Below are positions 46,780 to 58,350 of a stretch of 64,000 nt of DNA, piece after piece. Position 1 is the first letter of the stretch. Every line of letters starts with the position of its first letter. Location of the stretch: positions 598,323 through 662,322 of the forward strand of contig OX639965.1 in assembly GCA_951828235.1 (NCBI GenBank), written 5' to 3'. The DNA is from an uncultured Gammaproteobacteria bacterium (GTDB taxonomy: Bacteria; Pseudomonadota; Gammaproteobacteria; Steroidobacterales; Foliamicaceae). The translations under genes were made by a program, and so were the position numbers. Under the pieces are notes generated by a model. It saw only the letters and a list, made by a program, of their open reading frames with translations. It was not told the DNA's origin and did no database searches.

Positions 46780-48372
46780 ATGCTCGATCTGATTGTGGTG
46801 GGGGCGGGATTCGCCGGCGTTTATGCCGTCCACAAATTCCGCCGTCTCGGGTTTTCGGTGCATGCGTTCGAGGCGGGCGACGATGTGGGGGGCACCTGGT
46901 ACTGGAACCGATATCCGGGATGCCGCTGCGACATCGAGAGTATTTATTATTCGTACCAGTTCGACGACGATCTTCAGCAGGAGTGGGAGTGGTCGGAGCG
47001 GTATGCGTCCCAGCCTGAGATTCTCTCGTACATCCGCCACGTGGCCGACCGGTTCGACCTGCGCCGGCACATCCAGTTCAACACGCGGGTCACTGCAGCC
47101 CGGTTCCAGGAGGCGTCGGCCGATGCGCCCTCGCACTGGACGGTCACGACCGACGACGGGCAGACGCACAGGGCGCGGTTCTGCGTCATGGCGAGCGGCG
47201 TTCTTTCCACGCCCAGTCTGCCGGACATTCCCGGGCGCGACAGCTTCGCGGGCGAGTCGTATCACACGGGCCAGTGGCCGCACCAGGGGGTGGATTTCAG
47301 GGGCCTGAAGGTGGCCGTGATCGGCACGGGATCGTCCGGCATTCAGTCGATTCCGCTGATCGCGGAGCAGGCCGCGCATGTGACTGTGTTTCAGCGCACG
47401 CCCAACTACGCCGTCCCGGCCAGTAACCGTCCGCTCGATCCGCATGAGTTGCGCGAGGTCAAGTTCCGTTACCGCGAGATTCGCGCGGCATCGAAGAAGG
47501 GCTTTACCGCGCTGCCCTTCAAGCCGGCGGGCCGGTCCGCGCTGGCCGTTTCCGATGCGGAAAGGGAAGAGGTGTACGAGCGGTGGTGGCGGAACTACGG
47601 GCTGGCGTTCCAGGGTGCGTTCGCCGATCTGCTGTTCAGCGAGGACGCCAACCGTACGGCGTCCGACTTCGTGCGGGGCAAGATCCGGGAGCTGGTGGAC
47701 GACGAAGAGGTGGCCGACCTGCTGACGCCGGACTTCCCGCTGGGCTGCCGGCGCATGTGCGTAGACACGGACTACTACCCGACGTACAACCGGGACAACG
47801 TGACGCTGGTGGACATCCGCCGCGAGCCGATTGACGGCATCGTGCCCGAGGGCGTTCGCGTAGGCGAAACGGTGCATGCGGTGGACGCCATCGTGTTCGC
47901 CACCGGCTACGACGCCATCACGGGAGCGCTGCTGGCCGTGGACCTGAGAGGCCGGGACGGCCTGTCGCTAGAGGAGAAGTGGGCGGAAGGCCCGCGCGCG
48001 TATCTTGGCCTGGCGACGCAGGGTTTCCCCAACCTGTTCATGGTCAACGGGCCGGGCAGCCCGTCGGTGCTAATCAACATGGTGACCGGTATCGAGCAGC
48101 ATGTCGACTGGATCGCCGATTGCCTCGTCCACGTGCGCGACCGCGGGCTGGACGCAATCGAAGCGAAGGCGCGGGAGGAAGAGGACTGGGCCGCGCACAA
48201 CGACGAGGTGGCGCAACAGTCCATACGCGGCAACTGCGCGTCCTGGTACACGGGCGCCAATATCCCGGGCAAGCCGGGCGGCTTCATGCCCTACGTGGGC
48301 GGCTTCCCCACCTACGCGGAGCATTGCGAGCGGGTCGTTGAAAATGGCTACCGGGGCTTTGACCTGACCTGA
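46780..48372 (+). CDS. Baeyer-Villiger monooxygenase
   Basis: GAGFAG, GGTWYWNRYPGCRCD, FAGESYHTGQW fingerprint, GTGSSG, ATGY. Confidence 0.96.
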   Translation: MLDLIVVGAGFAGVYAVHKFRRLGFSVHAFEAGDDVGGTWYWNRYPGCRCDIESIYYSYQFDDDLQQEWEWSERYASQPEILSYIRHVADRFDLRRHIQFNTRVTAARFQEASADAPSHWTVTTDDGQTHRARFCVMASGVLSTPSLPDIPGRDSFAGESYHTGQWPHQGVDFRGLKVAVIGTGSSGIQSIPLIAEQAAHVTVFQRTPNYAVPASNRPLDPHELREVKFRYREIRAASKKGFTALPFKPAGRSALAVSDAEREEVYERWWRNYGLAFQGAFADLLFSEDANRTASDFVRGKIRELVDDEEVADLLTPDFPLGCRRMCVDTDYYPTYNRDNVTLVDIRREPIDGIVPEGVRVGETVHAVDAIVFATGYDAITGALLAVDLRGRDGLSLEEKWAEGPRAYLGLATQGFPNLFMVNGPGSPSVLINMVTGIEQHVDWIADCLVHVRDRGLDAIEAKAREEEDWAAHNDEVAQQSIRGNCASWYTGANIPGKPGGFMPYVGGFPTYAEHCERVVENGYRGFDLT

Positions 48373-48409
48373 CGGCGCCGGCCCGGGCGCAAGCCGCAAG
48401 CGGTCTCAA

Positions 48410-48757
48410 TCAGACCTTCCCGCGATTTGTCTCGTGATGGGCGATCATGCGCGCGCGCAGCTTCTTGGACGGCGAAAACCGCACCACCCGGCGGGCCGCC
48501 GTCATCCTCATGCGCCCGTTCGAGGCGCCGGTCAGCATGTGGTGCATCCGGGCGGCCTTGAGTTTCGTTTCGAACTTCCCCACCGTGCGCAGGTCGATCG
48601 TGTTGCCTTCGACCAGATTGCGGCTGAAAACCTCCAGAATGGCCCTTGCCATGGCGCCGGCGCCGAAATTCGTCATGTTCAGGTTTTCCCTGAACCGCCT
48701 TTCGATATCGGCACGCACAACGGGAGCGTTTTTTTCACGTGAGCGCATGTTATTCAT
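48410..48757 (-). CDS. Atypical HU/IHF-family DNA-binding protein
   Basis: L.EG..I.LR.VGKF..K.K.AR...ARRVVRF.PSKKLR. Confidence 0.75.
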   Translation of the reverse strand: MNNMRSREKNAPVVRADIERRFRENLNMTNFGAGAMARAILEVFSRNLVEGNTIDLRTVGKFETKLKAARMHHMLTGASNGRMRMTAARRVVRFSPSKKLRARMIAHHETNRGKV

Positions 48758-48856
48758 CCCATGATTCCTGCGGGCGAAACAAGACCATTGCCATAACCCA
48801 TTTGGGAGGTTTACTATACAGTTTGCCAGAGGCCAAGTCGGGGGGCGACGGCAGAC

Positions 48857-49288
48857 ATGACTTTGCAGAAGTCCAGCACACGCAGGAAGCTTGGACGTCG
48901 CGAAATGATCAGGGAAGTGGCATTGCAATTCCGCGACAACCTGCCCCCCCAGGCGCCCGCACCCAAAAGGGTGACCCGCGAGTCGCGAAGGAGCGTTCCG
49001 CATTTCGAGCTGGCGCGCAAGGCGATCAATGAATTTATCGATATCGTCGGCCAGGGCCTGACCGAGAACCGGGAAGTCACGCTCAGAGGATTCGGACGGC
49101 TCATGCCCCGGCAATACAAGCCGATGAAGGTGCGCCTGCCCGGCGCGCGTCCCGACGATGATGACGCCTTGATCAGCGTCCCGGTTCGATTGGGGGTCCT
49201 CTTTCGGCCATCACCGAAACTGAAAAAGGCCATTCGCGAACACGACGAGAATCGGCGGGAAAACGACTCCGGCAGCGGCGGCGCCTGA
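48857..49288 (+). CDS. Atypical HU/IHF-family DNA-binding protein
   Basis: L.EN.EV.LRGFG.L...VP....V.FRPSPKLKKAI. Confidence 0.75.
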   Translation: MTLQKSSTRRKLGRREMIREVALQFRDNLPPQAPAPKRVTRESRRSVPHFELARKAINEFIDIVGQGLTENREVTLRGFGRLMPRQYKPMKVRLPGARPDDDDALISVPVRLGVLFRPSPKLKKAIREHDENRRENDSGSGGA

Positions 49289-49322
49289 GCGGCTGCGAAG
49301 CGTCTCTCCGGACGCTTCCGCC

Positions 49323-50174
49323 TCAATTTGCCAGGGAAATGGCGCCGATGTAAAGGCACTCTCCGCCGAGTTCGAACGATGCCGAAGCGCTGCCGGATGC
49401 ATCCGATTTGATCTGCACGCGATACTGGCCGCTGTTCTTCGCAAGTTTGTCGAAGCGGAAATCGCCGAAAGTATCGCTTGTGGTTCGCGCCAGTTCCCTG
49501 CCGTCCTGTTCCAGCACGACCTCCGCGTCCGGGGCGCACTCCTCAACCCCGTCGGCGTCAACGACGACCGACCCCGCCACGAAGCAGTGGGTCATCAGGT
49601 GCATGTTCTTGTAATGCACACGCGGCTTTGTGCCGAGTTCCGGCTTGCGGACTTGCAGGCCTTCTTCCTCGCTGATCCGCTGCATCTCCCTGTCCTCGAC
49701 TTTCACCGACCGAAAAGCGTTGGTCGGACAGCATTGCTCGATCCGCGTCTTGTCCCAGCCCTTGTCCAGGAGGTGCGCATCGAAGAACCAGGCCTGAGGG
49801 ACCTGTTCGTCCTCGTTCCAGTAGATGGCCCCATAGGGACAGGCATCGACGATCTCCTTCTGCCCCTTCGACTTCACCGGATCGATCAGCACGATGCCGT
49901 CGGCGCGCTTGGTGATGGCGCCGTCCTTTGCCGCCTTCATGCAAGGCGCGTCATCGCAGTGGTTACACATTACCGGCATGAAGTGCGCCTCCACCGCCGG
50001 CCAGCTGCCGCGCTCACGGCGCTTGATGTCCACCCAGCTATGCCCGCGTTCCGGCTGCGGCGCGGAATAGCCGGGGAACTCGTTGCCGATATGCTCGTCC
50101 TTGGTCGCCAGGAAGCAGTTGCGGCAGTTATCGCAGCGCGCGACGTCGACAATCATGTTCCATTTCTTCGCCAT
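49323..50174 (-). CDS. Pyrogallol transhydroxylase-type small (Fe-S) subunit
   Basis: DVARCDNCRNC...DEH..N.FPGY, CNHCDDAPC, DGIVLIDP.K.KG, CPYG, C-terminal beta domain. Confidence 0.85.
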   Translation of the reverse strand: MAKKWNMIVDVARCDNCRNCFLATKDEHIGNEFPGYSAPQPERGHSWVDIKRRERGSWPAVEAHFMPVMCNHCDDAPCMKAAKDGAITKRADGIVLIDPVKSKGQKEIVDACPYGAIYWNEDEQVPQAWFFDAHLLDKGWDKTRIEQCCPTNAFRSVKVEDREMQRISEEEGLQVRKPELGTKPRVHYKNMHLMTHCFVAGSVVVDADGVEECAPDAEVVLEQDGRELARTTSDTFGDFRFDKLAKNSGQYRVQIKSDASGSASASFELGGECLYIGAISLAN

Positions 50175-53131
50175 TACGCCGCCTCCGACCGTTGCCAGGT
50201 GTCCGCGCCGGTCCATTTCTCGAACTGAATCAGGCTGGTGTTCGGCGCCATGCCGCTGGACTGCTCGGTAATCGTCTTCTTCGGGCTCAGCATGTTCACG
50301 CAGCCGCCGAGATCGGTGGAGTTGCCCGGCTCGCCCACCGGCCGGTATTGCGCCGACCCGGTACAGGCACTGACCACGCCGGGCCTGAGCCGGTCCGTCA
50401 CCTGGGCGGCGCAGACCACCGAGCCCCTCTGGTTCCACAGGCGTATGAGGTCGTCATCGCGGACTCCTCTTTCCTCTGCATCCCGGCTGTTGACGCGCGC
50501 GACCAGGTAGGAATGGCCGTTCACCGTTACGCGATGCTCGCGGATGTCCTGTAGCGTGCAGCCCTCGTCGTCGCCCATGATGTGAAACGGATAGCGCGTA
50601 TGCGGGGTCAGCAGTTGCAGGGGAAAGTCCGCCAGGGCCGGTTCGGCTTCGGCGTTCTCGTAGCTCTTCTGGTACTTATTGAGCGGTGGCCGCGCCGGAT
50701 CGTCGATCTGGCTCAGGGTTTCGGGCAGGAACTCGAACTTGCCGGAAGTCGTCTGCAGTCCTTCGCCGAACTCGCCCACGTAATCCGCCGGCAGCGGATA
50801 GGGCTCGGGCGTGTCCTTCTTCCGCCCCTCGTAGTACCAGCGATTGGCCGTGGGCGCGCGGGCGTCTTCCGGATCCGCGGGCACCACGAAGTAGCCTTTC
50901 TTGAGGAACTCCTTCCAGGTGGTGTGCTTGGCCACGTCCGATGAATCGAACACCCGCTTGCACCAGTCCAGCTCGGTATTGCCGCCTTCCGAGTACATCG
51001 CGCCGAGCCCCAGGCGTTCGGCCACGGCGAGGAAGATGTCGTAATCGGACTTCGACTCGCCCAGCGGCTCGATGCACTTGTGCTGCAGCGACACCACCCG
51101 GTGATTGACCATCGAGAACATGTGATGCACGTAGCCCGCGCCGACGTTGTAGTACTCGCCGATGTCCCAGCGCTCGAACACGGTGCAGGCGGGAAGAATG
51201 ACGTCCGAATACGGCGTCTCGCCTTCCATCCATACCGACTGGTTGACCACGAAGGGCAGGTTTTCCGACTGGTACATCCGCACCCAGCGGTTGGAGTCGA
51301 CCATGGTGCCGAAGGAAGAACTTCCATACTTGTACATCATCTGGATCTTGGCGTGACCGGGCGCCGGGTATCCGAAACGCAGGAACTGGCCGCGCACGGA
51401 GGAAACATCGGTGAGAAAGCCCATCGCGCTGCCTTCCATGATCGCCTCGGGCAGGCGAATCTTGGGAATGTTCTGGCGCGACGAGTTCATGGTCACGACA
51501 TGCGGCATGCGCTGGTAGTTGTTGGCCGCATTGGCGCTGTAGGTGAGTTCGCCCGACATGCTCCCTTCCGCATAACCGGGAAAGTAGAAGGAGAAGTCCA
51601 GCGGGGCCCCGAACTGGAGGTTTCCGAAGTTCACTCCCGCCCGGCCGAAGCCCTGCATCGCGCCCAGAATCGTCATCATCCGCGCCCACTGCATGCCCAT
51701 CGGTCCGCGCCCGGCGCCGCCGAGGCCGCAGCCCCAGCCGCCGGCGCCGAGATAGGTCTTCTTGCTGCCCCATTCCCGGGCCAGCGCCCTGACCTCACGT
51801 GCCGGTACTCTCGTTTCGGCCTCCTGCCATTCGGGCGTCTTCGGCGTGCCGTCCGACTCGCCGAGGATGTAAGCCTTCCATTCGTCGAAGCCGGTGGTCC
51901 GCTTCTCGACGAATTCCCTGTCGTAGAGGTCCTCGGTGATCCACACGTGGCACAAGGCCTGGGCCAATGCGGAATCGGTGCCGGGCTTGGGCGAGATCCA
52001 CTTGCCGCCCAGATGGGCCGCCGTGTGATTCAGAAACGGGTCGATATGAACCATGGGGATGCCCAGCTCTTTTGCCCACTCGCGCCGCACGGTACCCTCG
52101 TAGCCGTAGCTGGCGTCCGGGTCGCTCGACCAGAAGACCATCAGTTCCGCTTCCTTGAGGCAGTCCTCCACGGTGCCGTAGAACTCGGGCGTGCCCAGGC
52201 GCATGCTGTTGCCCCAGTGATGCATGGCGCCCCAGTACCAGCCCTCCCAGCTGTCGGGATTGTTGTGCAGCTTCGAACAGCCCAGCAGGTTCCAGAAGCG
52301 GTTGAAGGCGCTCAGGTAATGTCCCAGATTGCCCCACTGGTGGTGCGAGCCGTGCGCTACCAGCACCGCCCCGGGGCCATGCTTCTTGGAGCGTTTGATT
52401 TCCTTGACCACGATGTCCAGCGCCTCGTCCCAGCTGATGCGCACAAACTCCGACTTACCGCGATTCTGGATATTGCGCTCTCCGTCGGGATCGAAGTCCA
52501 CCCGTTTCATCGGGTACAGGATCCGGTTCTTCGAATAGACCATGGATTTCTGGCACATCCCGTGCGCGGCCAGGGTGGTGCGCCGCGGCGGGGTGAATTC
52601 CTTGCCCCGCGCCTTGATGGTCCAGGAAGGCGCGTCGTTCTTGTCGAAGTCCACGGGAGTGATGCGGACGATCTTGCCCTCCTTGACGTAGACAAAGATC
52701 GGTCCGCCATTGGTGCCGTTGGTATAGCGAACGACGCCGTTCCCCATGTCCGTCCCGATCTTCCAGCGAATGGACTGCATGCGGTTGAGCGTGATCATGA
52801 ACCAGACCGATGCCTCGTCCGATCCTTCGACGGTCAGCTTGAAGTTCTTGGCGGCGTCGATCCGCACGAGCTGGTCGAAAGGCGGAGTCAGGAATTCCTC
52901 GGCGATAGCCCGGTTCTTGAAGACGACGGCGAAGTCGGGGTTGTCGTGAATGCCGCTACCCGAGCGGATCCTGCCGTCGGCGATTTGTACCCACCGCCCC
53001 TGGGAGTTGTCCTGCAACCTGAACTGCGCGGTGACGTTCCGTTCCTTGAGGCGATTCCTGAACTCGGCGTACATGAGCCTGGTCAATCGCATCGCCTGCA
53101 CCATCGCCCAAAGAATGATCGAAAATCGCAT
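50174..53131 (-). CDS. Pyrogallol transhydroxylase-type molybdopterin large subunit with N-terminal extension
   Basis: GGPIFVYVK.GKIVR.TP, RVDFDP.G.RN.QNRG, HHQWGN, NPDSWEGWYWGA. Confidence 0.88.
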   Translation of the reverse strand: MRFSIILWAMVQAMRLTRLMYAEFRNRLKERNVTAQFRLQDNSQGRWVQIADGRIRSGSGIHDNPDFAVVFKNRAIAEEFLTPPFDQLVRIDAAKNFKLTVEGSDEASVWFMITLNRMQSIRWKIGTDMGNGVVRYTNGTNGGPIFVYVKEGKIVRITPVDFDKNDAPSWTIKARGKEFTPPRRTTLAAHGMCQKSMVYSKNRILYPMKRVDFDPDGERNIQNRGKSEFVRISWDEALDIVVKEIKRSKKHGPGAVLVAHGSHHQWGNLGHYLSAFNRFWNLLGCSKLHNNPDSWEGWYWGAMHHWGNSMRLGTPEFYGTVEDCLKEAELMVFWSSDPDASYGYEGTVRREWAKELGIPMVHIDPFLNHTAAHLGGKWISPKPGTDSALAQALCHVWITEDLYDREFVEKRTTGFDEWKAYILGESDGTPKTPEWQEAETRVPAREVRALAREWGSKKTYLGAGGWGCGLGGAGRGPMGMQWARMMTILGAMQGFGRAGVNFGNLQFGAPLDFSFYFPGYAEGSMSGELTYSANAANNYQRMPHVVTMNSSRQNIPKIRLPEAIMEGSAMGFLTDVSSVRGQFLRFGYPAPGHAKIQMMYKYGSSSFGTMVDSNRWVRMYQSENLPFVVNQSVWMEGETPYSDVILPACTVFERWDIGEYYNVGAGYVHHMFSMVNHRVVSLQHKCIEPLGESKSDYDIFLAVAERLGLGAMYSEGGNTELDWCKRVFDSSDVAKHTTWKEFLKKGYFVVPADPEDARAPTANRWYYEGRKKDTPEPYPLPADYVGEFGEGLQTTSGKFEFLPETLSQIDDPARPPLNKYQKSYENAEAEPALADFPLQLLTPHTRYPFHIMGDDEGCTLQDIREHRVTVNGHSYLVARVNSRDAEERGVRDDDLIRLWNQRGSVVCAAQVTDRLRPGVVSACTGSAQYRPVGEPGNSTDLGGCVNMLSPKKTITEQSSGMAPNTSLIQFEKWTGADTWQRSEAA

Positions 53132-53290
53132 GCTTTCCTCTCCCGGATGCGGGGGTCACAGGGACCGCTCAAGAAGCACCGGATGATAGCAACCTTGCAG
53201 GCCCGCGTCACCTGAACGGGGAGCGGTGGCCGTATTGCCGCCGCGCTGGCTAGCACGCACGCCAGTCGGTAAAATCGCTGCGAAATCCTC

Positions 53291-54151
53291 ATGACCGCGC
53301 AACTGATAGACGGAAAGGCCATCGCGGCGGCGATTCGCGAGGAAATCCGGCTATCCGTGATTGAACGATCGGCGACGGGCCAGCGCGCGCCCGCACTCGC
53401 CACGGTGCTGGTTGGCGAGGATCCGGCCTCGCAGGTCTACGTTCGCAACAAGCGGCGCGCCTGCGCCGGCGCCGGAATCCTGTCCATCGACCGCAATCTT
53501 CCGGCGGAGACGGACGAACCGGCCCTGCTGGCGCTGATCGACGAATTCAATCGCGACGGGAACGTGGACGGTATCCTGGTGCAGCTTCCGCTGCCCGGAC
53601 AGGTCAACACCCTGAACGTCATCCAGCGGATTGACCCGTCCAAGGACGTGGACGGCTTCCATCCGCTGACGTTCGGCCTGCTGGCGCTGCGCGAACCCCG
53701 GCTGCGGCCCTGCACCGCGGTGGGCGTGATCCGCATGCTGGAAAGGATCGGCGTCAACCCGAAGGGCAAACATTGCGTGGTGCTGGGCGCCTCCAACCTG
53801 GTGGGGCGGCCGCTGGCCCTGGAACTGCTGCTGGCCGGCGCCACCGTAACGGTGTGCCACCGCTTCACCGGCAACCTCGAGAAGCATGTTGCGGATGCGG
53901 AAATTCTGTGCAGCGCCGTGGGCAAGCCCGGGCTGGTCCCCGGCGCATGGATACGGCCGGGCGCCGTCGTGATGGACATCGGAATCACGCGCATGAGCGA
54001 CGGAACCTTGCGCGGCGACGTAGAATTCGAGGAGGCTCTCAAGCGCGCAGCCTGGATTGCCCCGGTTCCGGGCGGCGTGGGGCCCATGACCGTCGCCATG
54101 CTGCTGCAGAACACGCTGGATGCCGCGATATACAACACGAGAGCTTCGTAG
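53291..54151 (+). CDS. folD: Methylenetetrahydrofolate dehydrogenase/cyclohydrolase
   Basis: IDGK, YVRNK, GILVQLPLP, KDVDGFHP, PVPGGVGPMT. Confidence 0.97.
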   Translation: MTAQLIDGKAIAAAIREEIRLSVIERSATGQRAPALATVLVGEDPASQVYVRNKRRACAGAGILSIDRNLPAETDEPALLALIDEFNRDGNVDGILVQLPLPGQVNTLNVIQRIDPSKDVDGFHPLTFGLLALREPRLRPCTAVGVIRMLERIGVNPKGKHCVVLGASNLVGRPLALELLLAGATVTVCHRFTGNLEKHVADAEILCSAVGKPGLVPGAWIRPGAVVMDIGITRMSDGTLRGDVEFEEALKRAAWIAPVPGGVGPMTVAMLLQNTLDAAIYNTRAS

Positions 54152-54163
54152 GGAGCAGCAAGA

Positions 54164-54817
54164 ATGAGGCATATGAGAATTCAGAGGGGGGGACGCCCTC
54201 GTTCCCAGGGGGGACGCCCTCGTTCCCGGGTGTGGGCTGCGGCGCTGTGCCTGCTGGCGCTGGGCGCCGGCGCAGCCGAGGCGCAGGAGGCCGCCGAGGC
54301 GGAAGACGCCTTCGATCCCTTTCCGCGGGTGCGGGTGGAAACCACCGCCGGCGCCTTCACGCTGGAGCTGTTCGCCAACGACGCGCCATTGACCGTGGCG
54401 CAGTTCCTGCGCCTCTCGGCAAGCCGCTTTTATGAAGGCACGATCTTCCATCGCGTCGTGAAGGACTTCGTGATTCAGGGCGGCGGATGGTCGGTAGATT
54501 TCCAGGAGCGGGCGATCGACGAAACATTGCCGAACGAATCCGGCAACGGCCGCTCCAATCTGCGCGGCACCGTCGCCATGGCCCGCACCGGGGACCCGCA
54601 CTCGGCGCAAAACCAGTTCTACGTCAATCTTCAGGACAACGTGGCGCTGAATCCGCGGCCGGGACGCTGGGGATATGCGGTGTTCGGCAGGGTGGTGAGC
54701 GGCATGGAGGTGGTCGATGCGATCGGCGACCGCGCCACCGGTCCGGGCGGTCCCTTCCGCGCCGAGGTGCCGGCGGCGCCGGTGATCATTGACCGCGTAT
54801 TGCGCGTGACGGAATGA
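54164..54817 (+). CDS. Cyclophilin-type peptidyl-prolyl isomerase (true start may be GTG at 54230)
   Basis: FY.GTIFHRV..DFVIQGGG, GTVAMART.DPHSA..QF, GYAVFG.V. Confidence 0.93.
   Translation: MRHMRIQRGGRPRSQGGRPRSRVWAAALCLLALGAGAAEAQEAAEAEDAFDPFPRVRVETTAGAFTLELFANDAPLTVAQFLRLSASRFYEGTIFHRVVKDFVIQGGGWSVDFQERAIDETLPNESGNGRSNLRGTVAMARTGDPHSAQNQFYVNLQDNVALNPRPGRWGYAVFGRVVSGMEVVDAIGDRATGPGGPFRAEVPAAPVIIDRVLRVTE
54187..54227 (+). repeat. Tandem 20-bp repeat (21-bp period)
   Basis: GGGGGGACGCCCTCGTTCCC at 54187-54206 and 54208-54227. Confidence 0.85.
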
Positions 54818-55515
54818 GCACCCTTTTCATCTCCGATCTCCACCTGGACGCTACCCGAAACCACGCAACCCAAGCCTTCCGTGAATTCCTGAAGCATCGC
54901 GCCGCCCGGGCCGATGCCCTGTACATACTGGGCGACCTGTTCGAAGCCTGGATCGGCGATGACGACGACGACCCGCTGGCCGGCGCAGTTATGGACGCCC
55001 TGGCGGAACTGACTTCAGGCGGGGTTCCGGCGCGGTTCGTTCACGGCAACCGGGATTTCCTGGCCGGAGACGGTTTCGCGCGGCGCACGGGAGTAACACT
55101 GCTGCCGGAAAGCAGCGTGGTCGAACTGGAGGGCGAACGCGTGCTCCTGATGCATGGCGACACCCTTTGTACGGACGACCACGACTACCAGGAATTTCGG
55201 ACCATGGTCCGCGATCCGAAGTGGCAGGCCCAGTTCCTCGCGCTGCCGCTGGCGGCCCGGCGTGCGCTCGCGGCCCAGGCGCGAGACGCCAGCCGTATTT
55301 CGACCGGCGGCAAGCCGATGGAGATCATGGACGTCAACGCATCCGCCGTGGCCGAGGCGATGCGCGCGAACGCAGTGCGGCGAATGATTCACGGACACAC
55401 GCACCGCCCCGCCGTGCATGAATTTGACCTGGACGATGAGCCCGCCACGCGGATTGTGCTGGGGGACTGGTACCAGCGCGGCTGGGCGCTGGAGCACGAC
55501 GAGAACGGGTTCCGG

Positions 55516-55545
<30 letters not shown>
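54814..55545 (+). CDS. lpxH: UDP-2,3-diacylglucosamine hydrolase
   Basis: ISDLHL, GDLFEAWIGDD, HGNRDFL, HGD.LCTDD, HGHTHRP, LGDW. Confidence 0.96.
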
Positions 55546-57098
<1,553 letters not shown>

Positions 57099-57099
<1 letters not shown>

Positions 57100-57635
57100 C
57101 AGCGGCCTCCCAATGCGGCGAGCAGCAGGCCCAGGGCGTTACTTACGGGCTCAAGGATCGGCAGGGTCATCGAACCCTGCACCCAACTCTCCGGCCCTAC
57201 GTGTGTGCACAAAAGCAGAAGCCCACCTGCAATCAGCCAGCCCTTGGCTGCGCCCAATAATACGCCCAAGGCGCGATCCGCGGAAGCGAGCACGCTGCCA
57301 TCAACGGCCCTGGACACCAGGCCGGCCAGGGTTGTGCCGATCACCAGCACGATGACGAGGATGCCGAGGCGCGCGCCCCAAAGGGCAATCGACTCGGCCG
57401 CCGACGGGCCGCGGAAGATCGCCCCGGCCAGCGGGTTGCCCGCCAGCCAGGACTCGATCTTCGCCGGCCAGTCCGACAGCAGCGTCGACACGACGAGGTC
57501 GCCGAAGGCAAAGGCGAGAAAGATTGCGGCGACCCAGGAACCCAGGCTCAGGGACGCGCCCAGAAAGCCGCGCTTCATTCCGAGATAGGCGGCGGAAAGG
57601 AAGACCGCCAGCGCGATCCAGTCGAAAAGGGTCAC
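57099..57635 (-). CDS. cvpA: CvpA family protein
   Basis: DWI...G..RGF, DR.LG..LGA.KG; directly upstream of purF. Confidence 0.88.
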
Positions 57636-58222
57636 GGCGACGCCTCCGGCCAGTCCGACACGAATCCCGAGCGTCCCAGCAAGGCCAGTTCCGCGACCGC
57701 CGAACGCGCTTCGTCCCTTGACGCATAGGGGCCCACGCGGACCCGGTAGAGCGTCCGGCCATTGTCGGGCAGGGCCAAAACCCGAACGCCGTAGCCCTTT
57801 TCACGGCACCAGTCGGACAGGCGGTCGGCATTGTCGCGCGCGGAAAAACTGCCGACCTGAACGGCCCACCGGCCTGCAGGCGCTGCGGAAACGGCGGCGG
57901 CGGCTGAAGGATCGCGCGGGGCCTGGGCGCCTGCCTGATCCGGACCGCCTGCCGCGGGCTCCGGAGGATCGGCGTCCGGCTCTGGACGCTGGCCGTCCCA
58001 TTCGAGGGCGGGCGGGCGTTCGCCACCATTGCCGGCATCAGCAGGAAAGGCTGAAGCTTCGCCTTCCAAAAATCCGGGTGCATCCTGTGCCCGGGGGACT
58101 TCAGCCCCGCCTTCGTCCGGCATACGGGCCCCCTCTCGAGGGCCGATTACCAGGGCCAGCAACAGGAGCAGCGCCACCAGCACCGCTCCGCCCACCAGCC
58201 GCTCAAGCACCGGCGATTGCAT
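57632..58222 (-). CDS. dedD: SPOR-domain cell division protein
   Basis: ERLVG.AVL TM segment, WAVQVGSFS..NA, YRVRVGPY; upstream of cvpA. Confidence 0.82.
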   Translation of the reverse strand: MQSPVLERLVGGAVLVALLLLLALVIGPREGARMPDEGGAEVPRAQDAPGFLEGEASAFPADAGNGGERPPALEWDGQRPEPDADPPEPAAGGPDQAGAQAPRDPSAAAAVSAAPAGRWAVQVGSFSARDNADRLSDWCREKGYGVRVLALPDNGRTLYRVRVGPYASRDEARSAVAELALLGRSGFVSDWPEASP

Positions 58223-58240
58223 TGCGCGGAATTATATGCG

Positions 58241-58295
58241 CCTGGGGGCGAAGGCGTCCCGGCTTCGCGGAGAGCGGGACGCGCTCCCTCCCGGG
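58241..58295. repeat. REP-like element, copy 2
   Basis: 58250-58282 is the reverse complement of 62781-62813 at 29/33 positions. Confidence 0.75.
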
Positions 58296-58350
58296 CGAAT
58301 GTGTGCAAGCGTAAAATATTGCTTCTGTCCTCCCGCGCGCGGATTGCACC

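Noticed and set aside
53132-53290. Possible attR of the tRNA-Lys island before folD
   Set aside because: No match to the tRNA 3' end seen by eye here or near 28.5 kb
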